A stretch of 55,202 nucleotides of DNA from Sphingomonadales bacterium. Its GTDB lineage: Bacteria; Pseudomonadota; Alphaproteobacteria; Sphingomonadales; Sphingomonadaceae. The stretch lies in contig JAYUPJ010000092.1 of assembly GCA_043760195.1 (NCBI GenBank), positions 1 to 55,202 of the forward strand, written 5' to 3'. Shown here piece after piece: positions 37,070-46,904 of this stretch (the stretch's first letter is position 1; each line of letters opens with the position of its first letter). The notes beneath the pieces are model-generated. The model made no database searches, was not told the origin of the DNA, and was given only the letters and a program-made list of their open reading frames with translations. A program made the translations under genes and the position numbers.

Positions 37070-37106
37070 AAAAAAAGAGGCGCCGGATTGATCCGACGCC
37101 TCTTTC
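37070..37106 (+). terminator. Intrinsic terminator after typA
   Basis: AAAGAGGCGCCGGAT-TG-ATCCGACGCCTCTTT hairpin. Confidence 0.75.
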
Positions 37107-37530
37107 TGCGACCCGAGGCTTGCAGCCTTAATGGCTGAATGCAACGGTATACTTTACATTGTTCCGTCCGAAGTCGAGCGCTTTACCAAGAATATTTCGT
37201 GTGCAATACACAACTGTGCAAAGCTTTGCAAGAATACTTGTGTGTTACCAGAATGCGGCAACACAAACGAATAAATTACAGTCACGCCATTGGTCAATAA
37301 ATTTTACTTCCCGCAAAAAAGATGGTGGGAGGAGAATTGATTTTTTGATTTTCCAGAAGGAACCGCAACGCCTAACGGTTTCCCTCCAGAGCGCCCAATC
37401 GTTGCACGAAAATCTGCTGGGAACGCATAACAGCGTCGCTCGCGACCTCTTCACAAATCTGAAAACTAACGCTTCCATAGATGGGCCTCTCGCCTATGAT
37501 GATGAAGTCATTTCAAAATGAAGGGTCGCC

Positions 37531-39213
37531 ATGTTCCGTTCTGCTTATTGTGCAATTGTCCTATTGGCTGGGTCCACTGCTTTGGCCATTTGTAGCCCCG
37601 CGTTTGCCCAAACCACAGTTCATACCAGTGGACCTTCACCTACCGCCACGCCCGCCGAAAGCGCACTGCCAAAGTTGATCGTGGCGATATCGGTGGATCA
37701 GTTGTCCGCCGATTTATTCGCTGAATATCGCGGCGAGTTTACCGGCGGATTGAAGCGGTTGCAGCAAGGGGCGGTTTTTCCTGCGGGATATCAAAGCCAT
37801 TCGGCTACCGAAACCTGCCCTGGCCATGCGACAATTCTAACCGGCGTTCGCCCGGGCCGCGCTGGAATAATCGCCAATGACTGGATCGAGTTGAATACAG
37901 CGCGTGAAGACAAGAAAATCTACTGCGCCGAGGATGAAAGCGTACCCGGCTCAACCTCTAACAAGTACACCGTATCCGACAAACACCTGAAAGTGCCGAC
38001 ACTGGGCGAACGCATGAAAGCCGCCAATTCGGCTGTGCGCGTAGTTTCAGTGGCCGGAAAAGACCGCGCGGCGGTCATGATGGGCGGCCATAAAGTCGAC
38101 GAACTTTGGTGGTGGTCGGGCAAGGCGTTCGAATCCTATGCTGGCCGTGACATGCCCGGCGCAGTTACGCGCGCAAATGCCAGTGCAGCATCGCAAATCG
38201 CGGACGGAGCGGCGGCAATGCCGCTTCCGGAATTTTGCGCAGGGCATTCGCGCGCAATCGCCATCGGCGGCGGCAAGAATGTTGGTGATGGCCGGTTCGC
38301 ACGCGACAGCGACGACGCCCGCGGTTGGCGAGCGGCTCCACATTTTGACAAAACCGTTATTAATTTGGCTGGTGAATTGGCCATCGACATGGGCCTTGGC
38401 AAGGGGGCTTCGACGGACGTTTTGGCGATTGGTGCGTCGGCAACCGACTATGTTGGCCATACTTATGGCACATCGGGCAGCGAGATGTGCATCCAGCTGA
38501 TGATGCTCGACCAGTATCTAGGCGGCTTGTTTGCACGGCTCGACAATGCGGGAGTTGATTATGCGGCGGTGCTGACCGCTGATCATGGCGGCCATGATTT
38601 GCCGGAACGCATCCGCGAACTCGCCATTCCGGATGCGCAGCGGATAACCAAGTCGGTTTCGGTGAAGGCGATTGGCGCCGATATAGCCAATAAACTCAAA
38701 CTGAAAGTCCGGCCGTTACACAGCGACGGTCTGGGCGATGTGTGGATCGATGTCAGCTTGAATAAGGCGCAAAAGGCGAAAGTTCTGACAGCGGCATTGA
38801 CGGCGTACCGCGCGCATCCGTTGGTGGCGGCGGCCTATTCAAAGGCCCAGATCGCGGCGACGCAGCTTCCATCAGCCCCGCCCGAGAGCTGGACAATTAT
38901 TGAACGCGCGCGGGCGTCGTTTGATCCTGCGCTATCGGGGGATTTGTTCGTCGCACTCAAACCGTATGTCACACCGATCCCTGATGCGAGCTCTGGCTAT
39001 GTCGCCACGCACGGCAGCGTGTGGGATTATGACCGCCGCGTGCCAATCCTGTTTTGGCGCAAAGATATGGCGCGGTTTGAACAGCCTTTATCGGTGGAAA
39101 CTGTGGACATCGCACCCACTTTGGCGGCGCTGATCGGGCTTTCGGTTCCGGCTGGGGAATTTGACGGTAGGTGCCTTGATTTGGAAGCGGGGACCGGATC
39201 GACGTGTGATTGA
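37531..39213 (+). CDS. Alkaline phosphatase superfamily enzyme (PhoK/PafA type, Thr nucleophile)
   Basis: Signal peptide; ISVDQ, TETCPGHATILTG, KDRAA, TDYVGH, TADHG, HGSVWDYD motifs. Confidence 0.9.
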   Translation: MFRSAYCAIVLLAGSTALAICSPAFAQTTVHTSGPSPTATPAESALPKLIVAISVDQLSADLFAEYRGEFTGGLKRLQQGAVFPAGYQSHSATETCPGHATILTGVRPGRAGIIANDWIELNTAREDKKIYCAEDESVPGSTSNKYTVSDKHLKVPTLGERMKAANSAVRVVSVAGKDRAAVMMGGHKVDELWWWSGKAFESYAGRDMPGAVTRANASAASQIADGAAAMPLPEFCAGHSRAIAIGGGKNVGDGRFARDSDDARGWRAAPHFDKTVINLAGELAIDMGLGKGASTDVLAIGASATDYVGHTYGTSGSEMCIQLMMLDQYLGGLFARLDNAGVDYAAVLTADHGGHDLPERIRELAIPDAQRITKSVSVKAIGADIANKLKLKVRPLHSDGLGDVWIDVSLNKAQKAKVLTAALTAYRAHPLVAAAYSKAQIAATQLPSAPPESWTIIERARASFDPALSGDLFVALKPYVTPIPDASSGYVATHGSVWDYDRRVPILFWRKDMARFEQPLSVETVDIAPTLAALIGLSVPAGEFDGRCLDLEAGTGSTCD

Positions 39214-39247
39214 TGCGGGGTTGAATTGCCAACCACCGCTGCTCCCC

Positions 39248-40426
39248 CTAAATCGCCTGCCCTGCCGCGTGGCCGCTGGCCCAGGCCCATTGAAAATTAT
39301 ATCCGCCGAGCCAGCCGGTAACATCGACCGCCTCGCCAATCGCATAAAGGCCGGGCACTTTTTTCGCCTCCATCGTTTGCTGCGACAGGCCGTCGGTGCT
39401 GATCCCGCCAGCGGTAACTTCGGCCTTGGCATAGCCTTCTGTACCGTTCGGGGTAAACTGCCAATTGGCCAAACGCTGCTCGGTTTCCTCCAACACACGG
39501 TCGGTGGTGTCAGCCAGATTGCCAGCGCCGCCAATCCGCTCGGCCAAGGTTTCGGCCAGCCGCGATGATAAAGCGGCGGACAGAACCGACTTGATCGTGC
39601 TGCGCGGCTGTTCCCGCTTGAGTGTCCGCAGCCAGCCGCTTTTAACATCTGGCAAAAAGTCGATGCCAACTGGCTGGCCGTGCCGCCAATAGCTTGAAAT
39701 TTGCAATATCGCTGGCCCTGATAGCCCTTTGTGGGTCAACAAGGCGGCTTCCCTGAATGCAGTTTTGCCGCACCGCGCCACCACATCGGCGGACACACCT
39801 GAAAGCTCGCGAAACAGCACGTCCTGGCCGCCCAAGGTGAACGGGACCAACGCAGGACGCGGTTCAACCACCTTTAATCCGAACTGCCGTGCCAGATCAT
39901 AAGCAAAGCCGGTCGCTCCCATTTTGGGGATACTTGGGCCGCCGGTTGCAATAACCAGCGACGCCGCGCTCGCCAATTTCGAGCCATAGCCCACGTGAAA
40001 GCGCCCGTCGCCATGGTTGATCGCGCCAAGCGGCGATCCCAGCGCGACGTGAACATTGCCCTTGGCGCATTCCTCCAACAACATCGCCACAATCTGCTTG
40101 GCGCTGCCGTCGCAGAACAACTGCCCCAAGGTTTTTTCATGATAAGCGATGCCATAGCTATCGACCAGCGCGATGAAATCTTGCGGGGAATATCGCCCCA
40201 ATGCGGATTTGGCGAAATGGGGATTTGCCGAGAGGAAACGATCTGCCACCGTATTTACATTGGTGAAATTGCAGCGGCCACCGCCCGAAATCAGGACCTT
40301 CTTACCCGCTTCTTCGGCATGATCGATCAGCAACACCCGCCGCCCGCGCTGTCCCGCCGCCGCCGCACACATTAACCCGGCACCGCCAGCACCCAGAACG
40401 ATGACATCATATTGATCTATATTCAT
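39248..40426 (-). CDS. HI0933/YhiN/BaiN-family flavoprotein
   Basis: GAGGAG, ISGGGRCNFTN, LLTHKGLSGPA, GGYNFQWAWASG motifs; start ATG 40426. Confidence 0.92.
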   Translation of the reverse strand: MNIDQYDVIVLGAGGAGLMCAAAAGQRGRRVLLIDHAEEAGKKVLISGGGRCNFTNVNTVADRFLSANPHFAKSALGRYSPQDFIALVDSYGIAYHEKTLGQLFCDGSAKQIVAMLLEECAKGNVHVALGSPLGAINHGDGRFHVGYGSKLASAASLVIATGGPSIPKMGATGFAYDLARQFGLKVVEPRPALVPFTLGGQDVLFRELSGVSADVVARCGKTAFREAALLTHKGLSGPAILQISSYWRHGQPVGIDFLPDVKSGWLRTLKREQPRSTIKSVLSAALSSRLAETLAERIGGAGNLADTTDRVLEETEQRLANWQFTPNGTEGYAKAEVTAGGISTDGLSQQTMEAKKVPGLYAIGEAVDVTGWLGGYNFQWAWASGHAAGQAI

Positions 40427-40507
40427 CTGCGCGCCTTGCCAGTTAAGATTGCTGCCCGCAATAGTGGGGGATTGCCAGCGCGGCCAGTTTACGGCAAAGG
40501 CGCGGTT

Positions 40508-40783
40508 ATGACTGACACCGCAGATACTCCGCCCGACCATTTGTCGATCCATCCATATAGCGCCGCCTACAATGCCGAAGCGTTGGAACGCGGCATCGGC
40601 ATCCGCTTCAAAGGGGAAAAGCGCACGACAGTTGAGGAATACTGCATTTCCGCTGGCTGGATCAAAGTGCAAGCCGGAAAATCACTCGACCGCAAGGGGC
40701 GGCCAATGTTGTTAACGCTAAAGGGTCCGGTCGAAGCCTGGTTTGAAGACCTTGGCGAAGACGCACCTGTTGCCAAAGCCTGA
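40508..40783 (+). CDS. DUF3297-family protein
   Basis: PPDHLS, GIGIRFKG, VEEYCISAGWIKV, LDRKGRP motifs; start ATG 40508. Confidence 0.82.
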   Translation: MTDTADTPPDHLSIHPYSAAYNAEALERGIGIRFKGEKRTTVEEYCISAGWIKVQAGKSLDRKGRPMLLTLKGPVEAWFEDLGEDAPVAKA

Positions 40784-40818
40784 CGTTAAGGCTTAATACC
40801 TCTGAAAAGGGGCGATGA

Positions 40819-42099
40819 ATGCGTATAATGCTGCTGGGCGCGGGAGGGTTTATTGGCCGCTCCATCATGGCCGATCTATTGGCTGCGGGTCATGAAGTTA
40901 TTGGCATAGTGCGCAACGTTGGCGAATTGCCAATCGCCTTTCCCCAGGCCCAATTCATTGCCATTGATCTTGCCCAAGCGGCCAATCCGGAAATTTGGCG
41001 GCACCAACTGTTCGGCGTCGATGTCATCATAAACGCCGCAGGTATTCTGCGCGGACGAGATATGGATGCGATCCATGTCGACACACCAAAGATATTATAT
41101 GCTGCCGCACTTGAGGCAGGCGTCAAGCGAATCGTGCTGATCTCTGCAATCAGCGCGCGGAGCGATGTTGCAACCGACTATTCAGTTTCAAAGTTGGCGG
41201 GTGAAGAAGCGCTGCGATCTTCAGGTCTAAACTGGACAATCCTGCGTCCATCGCTGGTTTATGGCGATGGAAGTTATGGCGGAACGTCGTTAATGCGAGG
41301 GATGGCGGGCCTTCCCCTGATTACGCCAGTGCCCGGCAATGGAGATTTCGCCTTTACCCCGATTCATGTGCATGACCTTTCGCAAGCCGTGCGAACGGTG
41401 TGCGAAGGTGGCGCCTTTTCCAAACAAACTTTGGAGCCGGTTGGGCCAGAAACGCTCAACCTAAAAGATTTGTTGCAACAATATAGAGCATGGCTCGGTT
41501 TCGGGAAAGCCCGGTTTCTGCCGGTTCCCATGCCGCTGATGCGTTTTCTGGCCCGCATTGGGGATGTCGCGGGGAACGGACCGATTGCAACGAACAGCCT
41601 CGCTCAAATGGTCGCTGGCAATGCGGGCGATAGCGCAACTTTTGCAAAAGCAATCGGCTTCTCACCGCGCGGCCTGAGTGATGCAATGCGCGACCGGCCA
41701 GCGCAGGTTCAGGACCGGTGGCATGCGCGGCTGTTCTTTCTGGCACCGGCGTTGAAAATCGTGCTTGTTTTGATGTGGCTAAGTTCCGCCTATCTGGGGC
41801 TGTTCCACGGTCACGCGCAGACTGATGCGCTCGTTCAAGGCATCGGCCTGCCCGCCGCGTTCGCAACCCCATTGCGGATCGGCAGCAGCATATTGGATAT
41901 TGCGATTGCTGGCTTGGTAATTTTCGACCGGAATGCGCGGCTTTCAACACCCGTTCAACTCGCCGTGGTGATTGGCTATACCTTGGTCATCGGTTTCGCC
42001 CTGCCAATGCTTTGGCTCGATCCGCTTGGGCCTTTGGTGAAGAACATTCCCATACTGCTGGCCATCGCTGTGCATGGCGCCATTGGGGATCAACGCTGA
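40819..42099 (+). CDS. Atypical SDR/NAD(P)-binding protein fused to a DoxX-like membrane domain
   Basis: GAGGFIG, YSVSK, ILRPSLVYG motifs; C-terminal 4-TM region ending WLDPLGPLVKNIP. Confidence 0.85.
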   Translation: MRIMLLGAGGFIGRSIMADLLAAGHEVIGIVRNVGELPIAFPQAQFIAIDLAQAANPEIWRHQLFGVDVIINAAGILRGRDMDAIHVDTPKILYAAALEAGVKRIVLISAISARSDVATDYSVSKLAGEEALRSSGLNWTILRPSLVYGDGSYGGTSLMRGMAGLPLITPVPGNGDFAFTPIHVHDLSQAVRTVCEGGAFSKQTLEPVGPETLNLKDLLQQYRAWLGFGKARFLPVPMPLMRFLARIGDVAGNGPIATNSLAQMVAGNAGDSATFAKAIGFSPRGLSDAMRDRPAQVQDRWHARLFFLAPALKIVLVLMWLSSAYLGLFHGHAQTDALVQGIGLPAAFATPLRIGSSILDIAIAGLVIFDRNARLSTPVQLAVVIGYTLVIGFALPMLWLDPLGPLVKNIPILLAIAVHGAIGDQR

Positions 42100-42572
42100 T
42101 GGAACTCTACCTCCTCGTCAAATGGGTTCATATTTTGAGCAGCACGATATTGTTCGGTTTTGGCGCGGGAACGGCATATTATTTCTGGTGCGCACATCTC
42201 AGCCGTGATCCGGCCACGGTTGCCAATGTGGGCCGGCTGGTGGTGCGGGCAGATTGGATTTTTACCGGAGCCAGCGGCATCATACAACCGGCCAGCGGCC
42301 TAGTGCTGGTTCACCTCGCGGGCTATTCGTTCGGCGAGTCATGGCTCGTTGTGAGTTATGTATTATATGCGATTGCCTTCGCATGCTGGGCTCCCGTCGT
42401 CTGGCTGCAAATAAAGGCACAGCGCTTGGCACAGGCCGCAATGGAAACCGGTGAACCTCTGGGATCAGAATACCGCCGAACAATGCGGCTTTGGTTTGCA
42501 TTGGGCTGGCCCGCATTCTTGGGCTTGCTCGCAGTGTTCTGGTTGATGATTGCCAAGCCAACAATTTGGTAG
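42099..42572 (+). CDS. DUF2269-family membrane protein
   Basis: KWVHILSS, ADWIFT, WFALGWPAF, WLMIAKP motifs; TGATG coupling to the upstream gene. Confidence 0.85.
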   Translation: MELYLLVKWVHILSSTILFGFGAGTAYYFWCAHLSRDPATVANVGRLVVRADWIFTGASGIIQPASGLVLVHLAGYSFGESWLVVSYVLYAIAFACWAPVVWLQIKAQRLAQAAMETGEPLGSEYRRTMRLWFALGWPAFLGLLAVFWLMIAKPTIW

Positions 42573-42608
42573 GTGCTCATTTCAGCTGCAGATTGTTTCA
42601 GCCGCAGA

Positions 42609-43772
42609 TCAGCTTTTCGGAAACATCGCGACGACTTTGGCCAGCTGTTCGTTTACCGGGGCCAATTCGGAATCAACCGTTTTTCCCAGCCGCACAACGG
42701 TCAACTTATGTTGCGGTGATACCAGAACAAATTGCCCCAGATGGCCAAGCATCGAAAATACATCGCTGGGCCCTTTGCCCGGGAACAAAACCTGGTCGCG
42801 GCCTTCTGGACGTTTTTTGTTCAACCATAAATGCCCGCCATAGGCTGCATCTTGCCCGCTTGATGTGCGCATAAACCGCGTCCAGCTTGTTGGCAGCAAT
42901 TGGGCGCTGCGCACCGAGCCATTGTTGCGCAAAAATTCGCCGAGTTTCGCCCAATCACGGGCCGTTGCGTGCATCATGCTGCCGCCCAGCATCGTACCCG
43001 ACCGGTCAAATTCCGGAGTCATGCTCTTCATCCCCAATGGATCAAACAACCGGCCCTTGGCATATTCCAGCATGGCATTGCGCCGAACCAGCGGGTCTTT
43101 GCTGTCGGTAAGCGACCGCGTCATGATGTCCGCCAGGATATGGGACGTCGCCGAACTATATTCAAACTTCGTTCCCGGCGATGCCTCCAGCACCCGGGTT
43201 TCAGCATAGCGTGCCACATCGTCGCGGCCATCGAGAAATAGCATACGCGGCGTATCGCCATCGTAAATCGCGACGTCAGCCTCCTCATCCAGCCCTTCGG
43301 TATGATCAATCCCCGATGCCATATGCAACAAATGCCGGATCGTAATTTTGCGCCGCTCGTCTCCGGGAATTTGCCATTCAGCAATCGGCGCAGGTTCATC
43401 GAGCGCAAGGCGACCATCAGCGATCATCATGCCGACCAATGTTGCCGTCACCGTTTTTGCCATCGACCAACTTATCAGCTTGGTATCGGGGCCATATCCC
43501 GGCGCGTATCGTTCTGCGACGACAATACCGCCGTGCAAGATCACCAAAGCGCGGGTTTCCGACAATGCCGGATCTTCAAAGAAAGGCGCGATCATCTGCT
43601 TCAAAGCAGCCTCGCTAACGGCGGCATCATCGGCGTAATTGGCGATAAAAGGTACCGCAGCAGCGGTTGATTTTGCCGCAGGTTCCGGCGCTGTATTGCT
43701 GCATGCGGATAGCGTGAGCGCGGCGGCGAGTGAAAAAGCGGTTGCGGCGAGAGGCGTATTGATCTTAGGCAT
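42609..43772 (-). CDS. Serine hydrolase (class C beta-lactamase / NylB-like fold) lipoprotein
   Basis: Lipobox LSAC; SWSMAKT (SxxK), LLHMASG, PGTKFEYSS, GHLGQ motifs; start 43772 or 43784. Confidence 0.88.
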   Translation of the reverse strand: MPKINTPLAATAFSLAAALTLSACSNTAPEPAAKSTAAAVPFIANYADDAAVSEAALKQMIAPFFEDPALSETRALVILHGGIVVAERYAPGYGPDTKLISWSMAKTVTATLVGMMIADGRLALDEPAPIAEWQIPGDERRKITIRHLLHMASGIDHTEGLDEEADVAIYDGDTPRMLFLDGRDDVARYAETRVLEASPGTKFEYSSATSHILADIMTRSLTDSKDPLVRRNAMLEYAKGRLFDPLGMKSMTPEFDRSGTMLGGSMMHATARDWAKLGEFLRNNGSVRSAQLLPTSWTRFMRTSSGQDAAYGGHLWLNKKRPEGRDQVLFPGKGPSDVFSMLGHLGQFVLVSPQHKLTVVRLGKTVDSELAPVNEQLAKVVAMFPKS

Positions 43773-43795
43773 AGAGATTATCATTAGGAACGTTC

Positions 43796-44173
43796 ATGGC
43801 AACTGCAACCCCAAATCCAACACACAAAGCGCCCCACAACAAATGGCGGACCGCCAAGATCGCAATGGTTGCGATGATTGTTTTGATCATCTTGTTGCTC
43901 ATGTTCAATTTTGCGACGCTTCAGGGCTATGCCCGTTTGGGGACAAGTTATGCAGCGCACGTAACCTGTTCATGCCGCTATATTGAGGGCCGCGATATGG
44001 CAAGCTGTGCCAATGACACCGAAGCCGGCATGGAAATAGTCAGCGTCAGCGATGATCCCGATAACAAGCGCGTCACTGCATCGGTCCCGTTTCTAGCCGA
44101 AGCCGCAGCCGAATTGCGCGGTGAATTTGGCTGCCAACAATTGAACAAGGCTGAACTTGAGGCGCTGGATTAG
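43796..44173 (+). CDS. Single-TM hypothetical protein with a YAAHVTCSCRY motif
   Basis: N-terminal TM helix; four Cys (CSC, C, FGC); AGGAA RBS. Confidence 0.78.
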   Translation: MATATPNPTHKAPHNKWRTAKIAMVAMIVLIILLLMFNFATLQGYARLGTSYAAHVTCSCRYIEGRDMASCANDTEAGMEIVSVSDDPDNKRVTASVPFLAEAAAELRGEFGCQQLNKAELEALD

Positions 44174-44196
44174 AGCGTTTTAATACCGGTCGCAGT

Positions 44197-45321
44197 TCAG
44201 GCCACCAAATCCAGCGCCACTGCCTCGGTTTCTTCGATCCAGCCGCCGCCTAAAACCCGGTCGCCGTCATAGAATACTGCGGCTTGCCCCGGTGCAACGC
44301 CAAGTTCTGGAACGTCAAAGCGCAGCCATTCGCCGTCAATGCGCGCCGCAACGGGCCGCGCCATCGACCGCACTTTCACCATGATAGGACGCGATTTGCT
44401 CTCGGTCAGCCAATTGCAGTCTATCACCCGGGCAGCGGCGACGGCAAGCGCAGCGCGCGGGCCAACATAAACGCGGCGTGCGGCGGCATCCAGCCGCACC
44501 ACGTACAGCGGCACAGGCTGACCACCGATATCCAGCCCCTTGCGCTGCCCCACGGTATAATGGATCAGGCCCTTATGCTCGCCAAGAACGTCACCATTGA
44601 TATGCACGATTTCGCCGCCAGTATCGGCATCGGGCCGTATTTTGCGCACAACGCTGGCGTAATCGCCATCGGGCACAAAGCAAATATCCTGACTGTCGGG
44701 CTTCGCGGCAACCACCAATCCCAGATCAGCCGCAATTTCACGTACCAACGGCTTGGGCATATCACCCAATGGGAACCGCAAATAATCCAGTTGATCTTGC
44801 GTCGTGGCGAACAGGAAATAGCTTTGGTCGCGGGCGACATCTGCGGCGCGGTGTAACTCTGCCCCGCTCTGCCCCTCTATCCGGCGGACATAATGACCGG
44901 TGGCAAGGCAATCTGCGCCCAGCTCCTTTGCCAGCCGGAACAAATCGGTAAATTTCACGCCCATGTTACAGCGGACGCAAGGGATCGGTGTTCGCCCTGC
45001 CATATATTCATCGGCAAAATGATCGATCACCGATTCGCGAAAACGGCTTTCGTGATCGAACACATAATGGGCAATTCCCAGCTTGTCGGCAACGGCACGC
45101 GCATCGCGGATATCTTGCCCGGCGCAACATGAACCCGCACGTTTCACCGCGCTGCCGTGATCATAAAGCTGCAAAGTCACGCCAATCGTTTCGGCGCCCG
45201 TGCGCGCTGCCAATGCCGCAACCACCGACGAATCGACCCCGCCCGACATAGCGACAACGATTCGCTTTCCGGACAAATCATCGCCCAATTGGAAATTCAC
45301 TGAAGTATTTTTTTCGGTCAT
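44197..45321 (-). CDS. mnmA: tRNA 2-thiouridylase
   Basis: [44 protein letters not shown] motifs. Confidence 0.96.
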   Translation of the reverse strand: MTEKNTSVNFQLGDDLSGKRIVVAMSGGVDSSVVAALAARTGAETIGVTLQLYDHGSAVKRAGSCCAGQDIRDARAVADKLGIAHYVFDHESRFRESVIDHFADEYMAGRTPIPCVRCNMGVKFTDLFRLAKELGADCLATGHYVRRIEGQSGAELHRAADVARDQSYFLFATTQDQLDYLRFPLGDMPKPLVREIAADLGLVVAAKPDSQDICFVPDGDYASVVRKIRPDADTGGEIVHINGDVLGEHKGLIHYTVGQRKGLDIGGQPVPLYVVRLDAAARRVYVGPRAALAVAAARVIDCNWLTESKSRPIMVKVRSMARPVAARIDGEWLRFDVPELGVAPGQAAVFYDGDRVLGGGWIEETEAVALDLVA

Positions 45322-45488
45322 GTCGGCATGGCCCATAGCGGCGTGAGCGCCGAAACGCTAGTTTTGCGTTACGCGTTCTCAAAATGATACAAAACCGGCT
45401 GGCAAATGATAACCGCCATTAATCTCGCCTAACGTTAAATGAACCGTGCCTTTACTCCGCGTTATCAGGTGGCGTGTAGAGGAAGGGC

Positions 45489-45890
45489 ATGGAAATGACA
45501 TTCCCCTCTTTGCGCGACAATATGAACGGCGCACCGCGTCGATCGGATTTTCGTGCGTTGCTGTCTTCGGCGATTTCGCGGCAAGCGAACTCGTTTACGT
45601 CAATGGCCGTAATTGCTGCACAGCGCAACGTTATCGGCACCGCAATACGCGACGACAGTGTTGAGGGTCGTTTACACTATTTCGCTGGAAATACTGCCCC
45701 AATCGCTGGGAAATCGGTGCCGCACGGCTCGTTTTATCCCGGCAAATCGTCAGAATTTGGTGACCATGCCAATTATAACCAGGCCGTTAACCAAGACGGT
45801 TCAATCAATCGCAAACCTGTCGCAGTAAAACCAGATTTGTCAGACCAACTGACAGCAAATCCGGGGCAAGAAAAACTGAGGTCCAAATGA
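45489..45890 (+). CDS. Hypothetical protein upstream of sciP
   Basis: GAGGAAGG RBS and an ATGA overlap with sciP; no recognised motif. Confidence 0.4.
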   Translation: MEMTFPSLRDNMNGAPRRSDFRALLSSAISRQANSFTSMAVIAAQRNVIGTAIRDDSVEGRLHYFAGNTAPIAGKSVPHGSFYPGKSSEFGDHANYNQAVNQDGSINRKPVAVKPDLSDQLTANPGQEKLRSK

Positions 45891-46186
45891 TAGAAAACCA
45901 AAAAATACGCCCTGCTACGGTCATCGGTCCATTGGGCGAACCACTTTCGATAGACAGCCTGCCGCCGCCAGGAACAACGCGCTGGGTTGTGCGCCGCAAG
46001 GCAGAGGTTGTTTCCGCAGTAAATGGCGGATTGTTAAGCATCAATGACGTGTGCGAACGCTATGACCTAACCTTGGAAGAATTTGCTTCTTGGCAACGGG
46101 CGGTCGATCGTTCCGGCATGGCTGGCCTGCGGGTGACCCGCATCCAGCATTACCGCGACCTATACGAGCGCCAACAAAAATACTAA
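45887..46186 (+). CDS. sciP: DUF1153 protein / CtrA inhibitor SciP
   Basis: VIGPLGEPL, LPPPGTTRWVVRRKAEVV, ERYDLTLEEF, GLRVTRIQ motifs. Confidence 0.9.
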   Translation: MIENQKIRPATVIGPLGEPLSIDSLPPPGTTRWVVRRKAEVVSAVNGGLLSINDVCERYDLTLEEFASWQRAVDRSGMAGLRVTRIQHYRDLYERQQKY

Positions 46187-46212
46187 GTAACAGGCGCGAG
46201 ACCAGCGCTTTT

Positions 46213-46259
46213 AAAAGCCCCGTAGGTTCCAAATTTAGCACTTGGCCTGCGGGGCTTTT
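46213..46259. terminator. Intrinsic terminator after sciP
   Basis: AAAAGCCCCGTAGG...CCTGCGGGGCTTTT. Confidence 0.75.
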
Positions 46260-46389
46260 GCGTTGCGGTTTTCTCCCGCCAATTGCGTCCACCACGCAAT
46301 GCAAAAAACGGCATTTGATCTTTTTCAGTAATAAACTATCACGTTACATACCGGTTATTTGTTCCGGATGCGATATGAGGAGAAATTAA

Positions 46390-46653
46390 ATGGGATGGAT
46401 TATTGCTATCATCGTTGGCGGAATCGCTGGCTGGCTCGCCAGCAAGGTTATGAATCGCGACGCAGATATGGGTATTATGTGGAATGTTGTGGCTGGCTGT
46501 GTCGGTTCGGTAATTGGCAATTTGGTTGCCAATAGATTTGGCATTGTCGGATCTGTTCAAGAATTTTCGATCACGGGTTTGATTATAGCATTCGTCGGCG
46601 CGATCGTCTTGCTGGGCATTGTTAACCTGGTGAAGCGCGGCAGCGTTCGTTAA
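46390..46653 (+). CDS. GlsB/YeaQ/YmgE-family stress membrane protein
   Basis: GGIAGWLASKVM and GAIVLL motifs, three TM segments; GAGGAG RBS. Confidence 0.9.
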   Translation: MGWIIAIIVGGIAGWLASKVMNRDADMGIMWNVVAGCVGSVIGNLVANRFGIVGSVQEFSITGLIIAFVGAIVLLGIVNLVKRGSVR

Positions 46654-46679
46654 TTACCCAACAGTTCGCAAATAGTATC

Positions 46680-46708
46680 GGGCTGCGCAGAATAAGCGCA
46701 GCCCATTT
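46680..46708 (+). terminator. Putative terminator hairpin
   Basis: GGGCTGCGC-AGAATAA-GCGCAGCCC followed by ATTT (weak U-tract). Confidence 0.5.
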
Positions 46709-46904
46709 CAACGTCGTTCGTCGAAAAAACTGGCCGTCAATCTCTGTTGTGGCAAATGCATCTATCGGCTAGGTAAATATCTCTATATTGATGGCATACC
46801 CGTTCGGAAAACTCTGGACGGTGACGTACTGATGTAATACAGCTAGCGCAATTGGCCTCTCCCCGCACCACAATCAAGCCCGCGCAATCGAATACGGACA
46901 AGAC

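Noticed and set aside
37279-37297. Pho box upstream of the alkaline phosphatase
   Set aside because: The GTCA repeats are 12 bp apart rather than 11 and match CTGTCAT poorly.
46826-46843. GntR/YtrA-like operator CGTACTGATGTAATACAG upstream of the RND operon
   Set aside because: The palindrome is imperfect and no cognate regulator is in the window.
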